Position numbers and translations under genes: made by a program. A stretch of DNA of 64,000 nucleotides from Lama glama (taxonomy: Eukaryota), in NCBI GenBank assembly GCA_028534125.1, contig CM052816.1, positions 41,728,001 through 41,792,000 of the forward strand. The letters are read 5' to 3'. Positions 13,023 through 26,659 of the stretch are shown here, one piece after another. The notes beneath the pieces were generated by a model. It searched no databases. It saw nothing but the letters and a program-made list of their open reading frames with translations, and was not told where the DNA came from. The first letter of the stretch is position 1. The number at the start of each line of letters is the position of its first letter.

Positions 13023-14752
13023 AAACTTTGTGATAAATGTGTGTGTGTGAGATACATGTACACATAATTATGTATAAACAGATATACATAGTAGTTGCCT
13101 CTACAGGCAGTTTATGATTTCAGATAGAAGACGTTTAGGAGGTAGGGACAACTTTCTCAGGATTTATAGTATGGGACAAATGGTCATAGTACAACCGGTC
13201 ACATAACTGTGTTTGTAGACTGGAGGATTCACGAGTAGAAGGCAACTGCACGTCAGGTGTAGTGGTTCATCATTACCTTTGCTGTTCTCTCCCTGGTGTC
13301 TTTTCTCTCAGTTTCATCTAATTATTTCCTGGGAGTGTATTATTTTCCTTTTCAGCAATTCATACTTGAGTTGAATTTTCTTGCTTCAGGATTATTTACT
13401 CTCTTTTCTCTGTTTGCCCCTCTTGACATCTGCCCTCAGTGTTGAGTGTCCTCGTTAACTACTGTGTCTGGCCATCAGTGAATTGTACTTCAACAGAAGG
13501 GCATGTGCAGGGAAGTGACATTGTTTCACAGGTGGTCTCAGGGAAGGGTTTGTGCAGAGTATCACAAAAGTTCCCAGCAGTCAGGACTGGTGCCTGCAGC
13601 TTATGGTCAGCCTAAGAGACTCTTGTTCCTGAGAGAACAGAGTAGGGAAGCAGCCTGGTCATGCTTTAACACAAACCTTGTTTAACACCACTTGGTACTA
13701 TGAATAGTATCTGACTTTAGTTAGTCTCGGACGCCTCTTACATGAACATCAAATAGCTGAATGTGTCCCTAAACTTCTGACATGAGGCTGGGGTTATAAT
13801 TCTATATTCCACATTCTCTTCAGTTGGTGGAAAGTCCAGAGGTCAAAGCACTGCATGGAATGTCAGGCACATTGGTTCAGGTTTCCAGCTGAGCACACTA
13901 GTAAATGATGGGGTGTGGAATTGCTCAGAGCTCTGACTTCCTACTGATAATAGGAAAGCATTAGTATTATAGCATCTCACATGTGTTGATTTCCCAGAAG
14001 TTATCTAGTTCTTTGCTTCATGAGGCTGACTTGACAAAAAAAAAAGAAAAAAAAAAAAGGTCTGTCTATCCTGTAGAATATTTCTTTTCTTCTGGATTCA
14101 TTTTGCATCCTTGTGGAGAGACCTGATTAGATCACAGTAAATATTTAGTGGGGTACAAATTAGCTGCACTCCGTACTGCATTACATCAGGGGACAGATAA
14201 TATCTGGATTTCCCATCATTTGCATTGCTTTGACTATGTATGTTAATGCCTTCCTGATCATCCTCTATGGTATTGCATTTTCTTCCTGCTGCCAGAAAAT
14301 AATCTGTGTGCTGTTACTTTGGCACTACACAAATGTCTGATCCCTCCATATATTTATCTCACAGTTTTAATATCACTTGATAATTCTTGCCTAAATTAGT
14401 AATTTCATTAAAGTTTACAAAGTGATAGTTAATTCTATCAGTCCTTCTACATATATTATCTGACATTCTTTTTACAACTAGCGCTTTTGCTTACAGCTGA
14501 GGGTATTTAATCACCTTAAGAAGTGTTTTCTACTGGAAAGCTCAAATCTTTCCCATAATTTACCAATATTTAAAGTGAGTGAGTAATTGATTTAATAAAA
14601 TATCTCAAATGTTGACAAGTCAGATATTCTAGCTTTCTCTGTATAAGCTTCATTAAGGATATGTTGATGTTCACAGATTAAATGTGATTCCAGTACCAAC
14701 AATTATTCCGAAAATGTGTTCACACCAGAGTAAGCTGTCAAGACACAATGAG

Positions 14753-16450
14753 TTTACTGCCCAAGACAATCTACAGATTTAATGTGATCCCTATCAAATT
14801 ACTCATGGCATTTTTCACAGAACTAGAACAAACAATCCTAAAATTTATATAGAATCACAAAAGACCCCAAATTGCCAAAGCAATACTGAAGAAAAAAGAG
14901 TGAAGGTGGAAGAATAACCCTCCCAGACTTCACACAATACTGCAGAGCTACAGTAATTAAAACAGCATGGTATTGGCATAAAAACAGACATATAGATCAG
15001 TGGAACAGAACAGAGAGCCCGGAAATAAACCCACAAACCTACGGTCAATTAATCTTCAACAAAGGAGGCAAGAATATACAATGGAGAAAAGATAGTCTCT
15101 TTAGCAAGTGGTGTTGGGAAAACTTGACAGCAGCATGTAAATCAATGAAGTTAGAACACTCCTTCACACTATACACAAAAATAAACTCAAAATGGCTTAA
15201 AGACCTTAATATAAGACATGACACGATAAATCTCCTAGAGGAAAACATAGCAAAACACTCTCTGACATAAATCTCAGCAATGTTCTTTATTTCTACCCAA
15301 GCAATAGAAATAAAAGCAAAAATAAACAAATGGGACCTAATTAAACTTATAAGCTTCTGCACAGCAAAGGAAATCATAAGTAAAACAAAATGACAACGTA
15401 TGGAATGGGAGAAAATATTTGCAAATGATGCAACTGACAATGGCTTAATTTCCAAAATATACAAACAGTTCATACATCTTAATAACAAAAAAACAAACAA
15501 CCCAATCCAAAAATGAGTAGAAGGCCTAAACAAACAATACTCCACTGAAGACATGCAAATGGCCAATAGGCACATGAAAAAAAAGCTCAATATCACTAAT
15601 ATCAGAGGAATGTAAATCAAAACTACAATGAGGTATCACCTCACACCAGTCAGAATGGCCATCATTAAAAAGTCCACGAATGATAAATGCTGGAGAGAGT
15701 GTGGAGAAAAGGGAACCCTCCTACACTGCTGGTAGGAATGTAGTTTGGTGCAGCCATTATGGAAAATAGTATGGAGATTCCTCAAAAAACTAAAAATAGC
15801 CTTACCATATGATCCAGCAATCCTGGGCATATATCTGGAGGGAACTCTAATTCAAAAAGACACCCCAATGTTCATAGCAGTGCTAGTTACAATAGCCAAG
15901 ACATGGAAGCAACCTAAATATCCATCAACAGATGACTGGATAAAGAAGTTGTGGTATATTTATACAATGGAATACTACTCAGCCATAAAAATAATAAAAT
16001 AATGCCATTTGCAGCAACACTGATGGACCTAGAGATCGTCATTCTAAGTGAAGTAAGCCAGAAAGAGAAAGAAAAATACCATACGCTATCACTCATAAGT
16101 AGAATCTAAAAAAAAAAGAATAAGAAGGACACTGATGAACTCAGCTACAAAACAGAAACAGACATGTAGAATTAGTAAACAATCTTATGCTTACCAGGGA
16201 AAGAGGGTGGAAGGGATAAATTTGGGAGTTTGAGATTTTCAAATGTTAGCCACCAATTATAAAATAGATTTAAAAAAAACAAATTTCTTCTGTATAGCAC
16301 AGGGAACTATACTCAATATCTTATAACAACCTTTAATGAAAAAGACTATTAAAACGAATGTGTATATATATATGTGTGACTGGGACATTGTGCTTTACAC
16401 CAGAAACTGACACATTGTAACTGACTGTACTTCAATTAAAAAAAAAAAAA
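14753..16450 (+). mobile_element. 5'-truncated lineage-specific L1 (ORF2 C-terminus, 3'UTR, poly(A)) with 13-bp TSD
   Basis: Starts in ORF2 ([24 protein letters not shown]). ORF 15745-16002 is the ORF2 C-terminus ([11 protein letters not shown]...YTMEYYSAIK). Poly(A) is present. TSD aagacacaatgag at 14740-14752 and 16451-16463. Contains stops and frameshifts. Confidence 0.97.
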
Positions 16451-19412
16451 AAGACACAATGAGCTGAAGACCAAAAGGACAACTCTTTACAATAGGAAAC
16501 AGGTGACTATGCAGCCAAGAAAACTCAGGGCCTCAGATTTTCTTATTAGCCATTTCTGGGCAAAGCATTCAAGGAAGATGCACCCAACCAGTGAAGTACT
16601 GACAAGAGAGAAGACACATACCATTTGCTTTGTGAGGTATTCATTCCAACATGGCTTAATCCAAATTGAGAAATCATGGCCACTAATTTTTATTAATAGA
16701 AACAGTTTAAAAAAAGTCAGGGTAATAAGAAAACTTTAAGGAGGATGTAATCTTTGCAGTGTGTTTGGTTTGAGCCTATTTTGGGAATGGTTATGGTGGA
16801 AGAAATGCTGTTCTTTATTGTATTTATAACCATGCTGAGCTTGCAAAGGGAAAACAGACTAAAGTCATTAGATGCATGCAGTAAGGCAGTTAAATGTAAA
16901 CATAAGGGGAATGATTTATGTGGTGGTCTTCAGCATTTTTTCTATCTCCTGGAGTTTATTTGAAAAACAACAATAACAATAACCAAAAAAATTTAATACT
17001 GAAAAATAAGCAACCATTTCCTGTTATCTCAGGTTGAAGTAAAAGTTATGTATCAGATTATTTTGGTGAGGCTGCTGGTGATAGTAACAGACATAGGTTT
17101 TGACTATATAGGTTTAAGTAGTTTGAACTTCTAGCAGATGTTTTAGAATCATCTCTCTTGGATGCTGTCACCCTTTCCTTTTGCTCAGGTCTCAGCTAAA
17201 GGGACATGAAATATCTTTCATTTCTGTGCTCTGTCTGGAGAAAGTTAGCATGATAGATTTGTTGATGTAAAGACAGTCCTCCTCTTCCCTCCCCTCTCTG
17301 TTGGAGAGCCAGGTGTTATTTCTTGGAAAGCCACATAGAGCTCTGGACTGGTGAGCTTTCAACAGCATATGCCATTAGCTTGCATCACAGGCACCTTTCC
17401 TAGGATCTGTGACCCTGGACTTCTCCTGCTGGGTTGACCTTAAACCCAAGCCATGCTGACATCTTTCATTTCTCAACATTCTCATGTCCATTCTCTAGTT
17501 CTGAAACGAGTTACTAGTTTTCCAGAAATCTGTGCAAAAGGAACATCCTGAGAATTTTCCATGTTGAACTTTCTGGACACATAAGGTTGTCCTTGTGTGG
17601 AAAGTTGTCAGTGTGTCAAAGTTGACAAAACATGGTATCTTTCAGAAGATTAGTAAAGATAACATTATTTCTTATTCCAGAAACATTTGATGAATATTTA
17701 CTATGTATCATGAAGGAGTATCTCTCTTAAAACATTAAACATGGTATTTACTCTCTACTAATTGTCTTATTCAGAGATCATGATTCTTCAAAGCAATTAA
17801 GTCTATAATTAAAGAGTGAAGAATGTTTTTGCCCTTGTAAGTGGCAAATTCAATTTAACCTTTAACACATTCAAACAATAAGACGGCAGAGGATCCAAAA
17901 TGCTAAGTCTCAGCCTTTGGCCAGTTTTATAGACCTTTTGAATGTTTGTTTTATTTATACTTTAATGCTTGTTTATTTATAACAATGAGCTTATCATAGT
18001 GCATAATTTCATAACAATTATCCATTGATTCATGTAGTTCCTTGATAAGTTCAGTTCTAGGTGTATACTTTATTTCCATCCAATACCTCTGAGATAATTT
18101 ATCTTTGGTTTAAAGACAAGAGAAAAAGAAGAGACACTTTATACCTTTGTGGGTCTTTTGGGTATAATAAACATTGTAATTAAATCAGCAATTACAGGAA
18201 CCCTGGAGTTATTTTAAGAACAATTTTTTTCTCAGGTCTATAAAAATATGAGAATAAAAATGTCATCCCTTGTAAGGCTTCTGAAATCAATTAGTTGTAT
18301 CTTATAGCCAATGAAGTCTTTCATTGGAGGTTTTGCTATGTGAGTTATGTCGACTTCAAAACGAAATGTCTATACTGTGGAATGAAATATAATTTTAAGA
18401 ATTTTAATTCTGTTACAATTCAGAGCCAGAGGCAATTGTACTTAATATTCTGTGCACTGGCAAAAGTCTTTGGATTCAGATAGCCATGACTGTTAAAAAT
18501 GAGAAAGTTTAATTGAGAGTTGGAATTGTATAGAGTTTCAGCAAAAGTTATGATCTTCCTGAATTCTTGTTCCTTCATTAACAAAAGGTAAAGTTTTAAT
18601 ATTTTCTAAACCTAAAACAATAAACTATAAATAAAACCATCATTTTGTTATATTTGTACAGAAAATTTGAGATCATTTGCAAAGTACTAGATATGGGGAG
18701 GAATTACTCATAAAATCTTTCAGACACTTCCAGGGATTTCATAGGACTTTAAGTGTCTCCTGTGAAGGTCAGCTCATCCTACTGCAGAGATAAGAAAATG
18801 TAGTGGTGTCTGCCACAAAGGGCAATCTTGCTTTCCCAGATGCCTTGCTTATGACTCTCCCAAAGACTGACTCTGGCTCCTGACTTTGTTCGTTCCCTAG
18901 GACCTGGACCACTGCAGGATATTTATTCTCTCAGTCTCCAACCTTTTGTCTAATCCAAGGGGAACATGCTCAGTGTCCCTTATCTAGAAACAGATGATGC
19001 TATGCCCTAGATCTGCTGAAGCACAGCTTAGAGCATCCAGCTGAAGAAGACTTTATGGCCTCAGGACATAAGCCCAGCCCAAGTTGGAATTATGCCTGAG
19101 AATCACAGATTTCCAGACCTAGGAAGGTCACTTAAGTTAAGGAATTTACCTCCTCCCCCATATTGCTTTCCCCCTGTGTTTGTGCAGTCCACTTGAGTTC
19201 ACATATCTGTTACATTTTTGAAGCCACTGTGAGAAAATCTCTGTATCTCTATTTAGTCTCTCCCTGTTGCTCCTACTTGGAGAATTTGATGATTCTGAAG
19301 ATGCTTATCGACTCTGATAGTTTATGTACAAATAATGCTGAAGGCCTTAAATCAGTCATGTCTCTCTTCAAGCCAGATTGGGTCAGTGAGACTCCATGGT
19401 CTTGAGACATAG

Positions 19413-20270
19413 TCACTCATTCAACAGACGTTTATAGAATGCCTAGTAGGTACCAGACACTGTTTTAGGTTCCAGAGACAGAAGTATACAGAAAAAAAAA
19501 AAACAGAAAAAAACCTCCCTGCTTTCATAGAGTTCATATTGTTCTTGGAGAGCAGAAGACATTTGAAAAGCAAAAAAGATTTTTTTTTAGAAGTATGGTC
19601 TGTTAGATGGTAATAAGTGCTATGGGGAAAAAAAAAGAAAAAAAAAAGCTCAGTACAGGTTGCAACTAAAAATCAAGCGGTCAGGAAAGCCTCACTGAGA
19701 TGGTGACTTTGAATAATGATCTGAAGGAGGTAGATGTGAGTTGAGCTGAACAGTTTTCAGGAAAGAGCATGCCAAGTAGATTGTGCAGCAAATGCAAAAG
19801 CCACCCAGCTGGCAGATTTGGTAATGGTGAGGAGGTGGGAAATAGCAGCCTGACAGGCAGAGTCTTGTATAGACAACTGTAATTATGATGTTGGCTTTTA
19901 TCCATATTGAACTAGGAAGTCACTGGATACTTTTGAATGGAGAAGAGATATGTGTGAATTTACAGTTTCAAGCAGGAGCCTGGCTGCTGTGTCTCACGTA
20001 GACCAGCAGGGGCCATGGGCAGAAGCTGGGAGGGCAGTGGAGGAAGCTACATAATAACACAGATGGGATGGGCCGGGGTTTAAAGCAGGCTGGAAACAGC
20101 AGAGGTAGTGAGAACTATTCTGATTCTGAATACATTTTGAAAGTAGAACAAATATAGTCTGCTAAAGGATCAGATGTAGGGATGAGAGAAAAAGAGGACT
20201 CAAAGGTGACTTCAAAGGGTTTTGGCCTAAGCAGCTGGAAGGATGTAATTGTGGCTAACTGAAGTGGAGA
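19413..20270 (-). mobile_element. L2 LINE (L2a-like)
   Basis: tcattcaacagacgtttatagaatgcctag...cagacactgttttagg, extending to ggttttggcctaagcagctggaaggatg. Confidence 0.9.
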
Positions 20271-20488
20271 CCTGGATCAGAATCCTGGTCTGTCAGTTAT
20301 CCAGGCTGTGACTTTGGGTACGCAGCTTAACCACTCCATGCCCCAACCCCTTGGTTCCACTTAAAATATGGGATAACCTTATCTACTTTGAGGTTGGCAT
20401 AAGAATTAGAGATAATGTGTGAAAAGTTCTTGCATGGTGCCCGATACTGGTGGGTACTCACTAGTAACTGGCACTCTTATCATTATCA
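20268..20488 (+). mobile_element. MIR SINE
   Basis: gctgtgactttgggtacgcagcttaacc...aagaattagagataatgtgtgaaaag. Confidence 0.8.
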
Positions 20489-20499
20489 CTCCCTGGGAA

Positions 20500-20640
20500 C
20501 AAAAGAACAAGTCTGGGTTTCCCTCTGTGATAGGCCTTCAGGTATTTTGAAGTAACTCACATGTTTCCTCTGAGTCTTCTCAAAATGAATTCCATAGTCT
20601 CTCCTTGTGAGGGCTGCCTGGTTTCTCTGACTCTCCTTGG
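20500..20640 (-). mobile_element. CR1/L3 LINE fragment
   Basis: gaacaagtct...ccttcaggtattttgaag...gagtcttctc resembles antisense L3 3' ORF2. Confidence 0.55.
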
Positions 20641-21524
20641 TGCAGGTAGGTTTGAACCACTCTCCTGGTTTAAAAAAGGAATGAGGACGGGTTAGAAAAG
20701 GACTTTATACGTCTTTCGGTAGTGAGCTAAACAATTAAAAATCCACACGTGAGCAGCTTGCATTCCCCGCCATGACAATTACGAATGGAGAAGCTTTATT
20801 TTGGATGCAGTTGATACAAACATGAGTCAGGAGAATGGGAGTCATAATTTACATGTAGTTTCTTTTTGTCAGTAAAGCTTCATTATATCCCAGGCTCATA
20901 ATGCAATTTTTGTGCAACTAAACATAACACCTCCAAGTTATAAAATCATACCATTTGGCCACAATTATAATTACTTATGGTTCTGAGCATGCCTCAGTGG
21001 CTATCATTTACAGAAAGACTGGGTGGCTGATCTGGTCCCTCAGTCCTGTGAGCTGGCTCCATGGGAAAAAAGTTCGAGAAAGGATGAAAACATTAGATGA
21101 CCTCTATTTGACTAAGAACTGTGTGTCAAAAGCCAGATGGTTGGAGCAAAAACTTGAATATAAAAGGAAATATGGGAGAACATTCAAAATCAGACTATGT
21201 CTTTGGTCCTCATTCTTTTTTTTTTTTTTTGGAAATTCCTGCCTTTTCTGTTGTTGGTCTCCAGGCCAAAAGGTGTGGCCCCTTATCAGCCCAAAGATTC
21301 CAGCTTTTCATTCTCTGCCCAGGGATCCCTGCTGCTCACAGGATGTGTGGTTTCCTTCATTTGGCCTGTGCCCCTCCTTTCTGCCCAATTCCTGCCATTT
21401 GGTCTGTGTCCCCCTTTCTCTGCTCATACCAGCTATCTGCCTGCTCTAACAGATTCCCCAAGTGGCTGACCAACTCACACACCTGCCAGCAGTGATTTAT
21501 TAGTTCTTCTTCCCCAACCCTTGT

Positions 21525-21727
21525 CATTATTACTTTTTTAAGTTTAAGCCAAAATGATCAATATGTAGTGATTTTAATTCCAATTTCCCTAATGACTAAT
21601 GAGGTTGAATATCTTTTCATATGATTATAAATATCTATATACTTTTCAGAATTGCATATTCAAGTTTTGTGTTCTATTAAGATGTCTGTCTTTTTCTGAC
21701 TAACTTAGAGCTGTGCTTTATCTATTC
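21525..21727 (-). mobile_element. Old L1 (L1M) fragment
   Basis: ttttaattccaatttccctaatgactaatgaggttgaatatcttttcatatg. Confidence 0.75.
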
Positions 21728-22640
21728 TTTTTTTTTAACATTTTTTATTGATTTATAATCATTTTACAATGTTGTGTCAAATTCCAGTGTTCAGCACAAT
21801 TTTTCAGTCATTCATGGACATATACACACTCATTGTCACATTTTCTCCTCTGTGATTTATCATAACATTTTGTGTATATTTCCCTGTGCTATACAGTGTA
21901 ATCTTGTTTATCTATTCTACAATTTTGAAATCCCAGTCTATCCCTTCCCACCCTCTACCCCCCTGGTAACCACAAGTCTGTATTCTCTGTCCATGAGTCT
22001 ATNNNNNNNNNNNNNNNNNNNNNNNNNNNNNNNNNNNNNNNNNNNNNNNNNNNNNNNNNNNNNNNNNNNNNNNNNNNNNNNNNNNNNNNNNNNNNNNNNN
22101 NNNNNNNNNNNNNNNNNNNNNNNNNNNNNNNNNNNNNNNNNNNNNNNNNNNNNNNNNNNNNNNNNNNNNNNNNNNNNNNNNNNNNNNNNNNNNNNNNNNN
22201 NNNNNNNNNNNNNNNNNNNNNNNNNNNNNNNNNNNNNNNNNNNNNNNNNNNNNNNNNNNNNNNNNNNNNNNNNNNNNNNNNNNNNNNNNNNNNNNNNNNN
22301 NNNNNNNNNNNNNNNNNNNNNNNNNNNNNNNNNNNNNNNNNNNNNNNNNNNNNNNNNNNNNNNNNNNNNNNNNNNNNNNNNNNNNNNNNNNNNNNNNNNN
22401 NNNNNNNNNNNNNNNNNNNNNNNNNNNNNNNNNNNNNNNNNNNNNNNNNNNNNNNNNNNNNNNNNNNNNNNNNNNNNNNNNNNNNNNNNNNNNNNNNNNN
22501 NNTCTGGGAGAGTTATTCCTCCAGCCTCTTTCTTTCTCTTCAGTAATGCTTTAGCAATTCTAGGTCTTTGATGGTTCCATATAAATTTTATTATGATTTG
22601 TTCTAGTTCTGTGAAATATGTCCTGGGTAATTGGATAGGA
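21728..22640 (-). mobile_element. Young camelid-type L1 (3'UTR left of the gap, ORF2 piece right of the gap)
   Basis: Poly(T), then aacattttttattgatttataatcattttacaatgttgtgtcaaattcc (L1 3'UTR). After the gap, antisense ORF2 matching the 14790-14927 segment of the other L1. Confidence 0.92.
22003..22502. other. Assembly gap, exactly 500 N
   Basis: Direct reading. Confidence 1.
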
Positions 22641-23680
22641 AAGACTTTTTAAAATGCATAAAATTCAGAACACAGAAAAAAATACTGATAAATTATATCA
22701 TATATAAATAAAAATGTTATATGGCAAAAACATCAAATTCAAAATGCAAATAACAAAAATAAGAAATTATTTGTTAGTCATAACACCAGAAAAAGGATTA
22801 ATTCCCTTAATATCAAAAACCAGTGGAAATAAAGATAAGAAAAAAATCAGCCACACAATAACCAAATGAGCAAAGGATATGCATTGATAGTTCACAGCAA
22901 AAAAGAAATACAAATGTTTCTTAAAAATCTGAAAAAGAGAATTCTACCTCACTTCTAATATGTTAAAGGCAATTAAGAAGACTAACATCTGTTCACTTTT
23001 AAGGTAGGCAAAATCACAAAAATTTGATAACACACTGTGTTGTCAAGGGCATGTAAGAAACCAAACATTCTCAGTCATTGCTGTGATAAAACAAGACTGT
23101 ACAATTCCTAAAGAGAGAAATTTGGCATTTTTATCAAAATTGCTTGTTCTTATACCCTTTAACCTAGCTTTTCAACTTCTGGGAACTTACAGACATACTC
23201 ACATACACATGTGATGAAGTTGTACAAATTTATTCACTGTGATAATAAAATATTTCAAACAACATAATTGTCCACCAGTTTGGAACAGGTTTAAATAAAC
23301 AAATATAGGCTGGTTTAAATAAATTCTGCTATAGCCATGTACTGGAGTAATATGCAGCAGTAAAAAAAAAAGGGAAGACAACTCTTTATGTGCTACTATG
23401 AAAAGACCACCAAGATCTATTAAGCAAAAATATCAAAATGAAAAACAGTATTATAGTATATTACCACTTTGGTAATGGAAAGAAAGTGTATGTGTGTGTG
23501 TGCATGCATGCACATATATGCATATGATTGCTGAAAGAATATACCTAGTTAAAATCTAAATATATTGTTGCCTGTGAGGATGGGAGCTGAGTAGATTGGA
23601 AGTTAGAAAAAAAGATTCCATTTTATACTTTTAAAAGTTTGAATTGTAAAATACATTTCCTACTCAAAAAGTAAATTGAA
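22640..23680 (+). mobile_element. Old L1 (L1ME-like) 3' region
   Basis: aaatgagcaaaggatatg...cattctcagtcattgctg...atacccttt aacctagc...ctgtgaggatgggagctgag. Confidence 0.8.
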
Positions 23681-24074
23681 CACACACACATACCACATGT
23701 ACATTCCCAGAAATAGAAACAGTACATTCAAGTTTTAAAACTCATACTTTGATTTTAGTTCCTTGTTTGTAACATGTTTGTAACAAGTAAGTCTTAGTTT
23801 TAAGATGAGTATGAGGTTTAGAAAATCATGCAAAGGTAGTTAATCCTTCAACAAAAATAAACCTTTATACATTCTTATATATGCTGAAACAGTCCTAATC
23901 AATACTATTTCAGTTAGTTAACCCAAAATTTTAAGCTGGATAATCATTACTGAGAGAAAGCTAAGGAATATTTAAGAAAGGAATAGGAGCAAGGAGCTGG
24001 AAGATGTGATCTAAGATGGTATTTGGAGGAGGATTATATGATCAGTATATGCCAGACCCTAAATGAATGAGGCA

Positions 24075-24235
24075 AATTAGGGTTCAGAAAATGAGAATTC
24101 CATCTTTGACTTTGTTTTTAAGTGACTATATAATTTTGGGCATTTCATTTCACCTCTGTGGACCTCACCTAAGAAAGGATTATGGGAGATGATCTTGAAA
24201 ATTCTCTCAAGAATTTAATATTATTTTATTCTGAT
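24075..24235 (+). mobile_element. MIR/MIR3 SINE
   Basis: ttttgggcatttcatttcacctctgtggacctca...gagatgatcttgaaa. Confidence 0.6.
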
Positions 24236-24579
24236 CTCAATAATCAGTAGTTTTATCACTTCATACAATCTAAATATTCCGATTCAAGCATCTTTATATT
24301 GTGATAAACTGTACAAGACATTGTAAACAATGTAAAAATTGATCCATCCATTAAGATGTATCATATAATTAATGCTAGTGACAGCCTAGTAGTGATACAA
24401 GTTTTTTACATTGAAACATAGCACTTCACATGTTTAGCATGTAAATGCTATGTGTGACCTTGTATTTAGCATATGTAGTGTGTTCTATAGGTTATAAAGG
24501 CCATGAATGTTGGTTGTTTCATTTTCTGAGAGAGGCTTACATCTTATCTTCCAGGATTTGCTAAAGAGGGCAGCAGAGA

Positions 24580-25005
24580 AATTGTGACACTTGTATGAAT
24601 TTTGAAGTATCTATAGATGCCTCCAAAAGGAATTTTTCAGGAAGAATTATGGCCAAGTGTTGGGTAGTCATAGCCAGCAATTTTAAGAGGCATGAGAGAT
24701 GATCAAATATGTGGGGACTTGCGGATAATTTGGAATTTATGAAATATTAAGTGTGACCAAGGAATGGTAGATGAAGCTGAGGAGTTAGGTAAAGGAAGAG
24801 AATATAGAACGTGGCATTGCATTCTAAAGGTCTTGACAATGAAAGTCATTGAACTTTTAAAAACTGGTAATATGAATTTTAGATAAACCATCTGAATAGT
24901 ATAGAGATGGATTCAGAAAAAGAGAGGCTGGAAGCAGCTAGACTGATTAGGAAATTTTATAATAGCAGGTAGACAAAAGGATGACAGATGCATGAACTAT
25001 GATAG
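24580..25005 (-). mobile_element. L2 LINE fragment
   Basis: gagaggctggaagcagctagactgattaggaa...ggatgacagatgcatgaacta. Confidence 0.6.
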
Positions 25006-26659
25006 GATTAGACTCCTGCAATTGCAGTCCAAGGTGTCTGTTCACTGATGGTGTTAGCTTATTTCAATTAAATCTTAAGGATTAGTGAGAATCCAGTGAC
25101 ATCTCAGAACAGTAGCTTTTTATTTTATTCTTTCTCTTTCTGACTCTACCAAAAGCTAAACAACTTACACAGGTATTCCTTTCAGATTTTGTGATCTACT
25201 TCAAATTTTTGTCAGTATGTTTGTCTATGTTATTTGATTATTTTAATTTTATTTTCTGCTAACTATCTGATAGAGACATATAATAGTTAATAATTACTAT
25301 ACTCTCTAAAACTAGTTATACAGAATATTTTCCTTAACATACATAGTTGAAAAAAAGAAACATTGAGAGCAGGAGCAGGCTGAAGATATGGCCATGGAGA
25401 CTAGGGACTATGATTAACTAAATGATAAGTTCATTCAGCCCATTCTGCTGACCCGAACACCAGCATTGCTCTCCCGACTTTTTCTTGCCTGTCCTGATGG
25501 CATACATGCTTTAGACAAACTGCTTCAGAAGAAAGAAAAAGAGTACTTCTGATCTAAATTAAAAGGATACATCTTATGTAATATTTTGAATTCTTATTTA
25601 TAACTTTATTTGAAAGGCTTTCTTTTTAAAATAAAGTCCCTATTTTAAAAAAACTCTACAGATATCCAGGCAGGCAGAGTGTTAAATGAGTTATTTGCCT
25701 AGACCTCTCAGACCTATACAACAAACTGTGTTGAAAACATTTTTCCAATTAGAAGCTAGCTCTTTAGCTTGATTTTAATTCATCACAGTATTTCTTTTTA
25801 AGGGAGTTACTGAATCAGGTTATGAATCTGAACTTTAGCTAAAATTTTTTTTTCACTTGATGCCAAAAAAAAGTGTTTTAGAATCTTTTTTCCTTTGTGC
25901 TCATTCCAGCTACTCGTAAAGGTTCACTGTGTTTCTGAGTTGAATATTTCCTTCTCAACATTGATGGTTTCCTAAGTAAGAGAAAGAACAACAATATTTG
26001 AACATCAGAGACAGTTTTGCTTCCTGTTTCCCACCCTCTATCCCCATCTGTGCAATGTTGTTCTTTTTGCTTGATTGACATTAAAATAAAACACATACAC
26101 ATAAAATTAAAGATTCTTTCTCTGTTGCTTACCCTTTGATATTTTAGCTTGGACCAATCAAGTCATTCAGCAGCAAGCAGCATGGTCCCAGTGAATGAGG
26201 GTGGCTTTTTTACCCATGAGGGTCTTTGACCCACTGACACCATCCGGGCTAAACATTTGTTTAGAATATCAAGTATTACTTTCTTTCAATACCAACTACG
26301 TCCTCAGTTAAAAATTAAGTTACTGAACCTATGGGTTAAAAAATAGAGTCCAATAAAATTACACTCTACAAAAAATTAATTTGTCTTTATTATTTCAGGA
26401 TCACTGTGGATATTGTTGTTTACACTGTGGCTAGGTGGGTGAGGAAAGACAACATTGAATCTCTGCTTAGCCTGTAAGAAAACCATATTGCTCCTTATGT
26501 CCACTATGGTTGGTATATGATTTATATATTTGAGGTTGAAAGTAAATGAACACTGCAACTCAAAATGCTTGAAAAAGACTTTTCCCCCATTTAACTGGAA
26601 CTTCGGAAGTTGGGAAGACTCTAGACATGATGTGGTTAGAAGTTAAATTATGTCATTTC

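Noticed and set aside
15045..15620. 191-aa hydrophobic minus-strand ORF
   Set aside because: It is the antisense frame of L1 ORF2, a common artefact, not a membrane protein
20955..21495. Three overlapping ORFs of 90-164 aa
   Set aside because: Non-ATG starts in two of them, a poly(T) run, no recognisable domain and no convincing splice sites
21774..22571. 265-aa ORF
   Set aside because: It runs through 500 N and antisense L1
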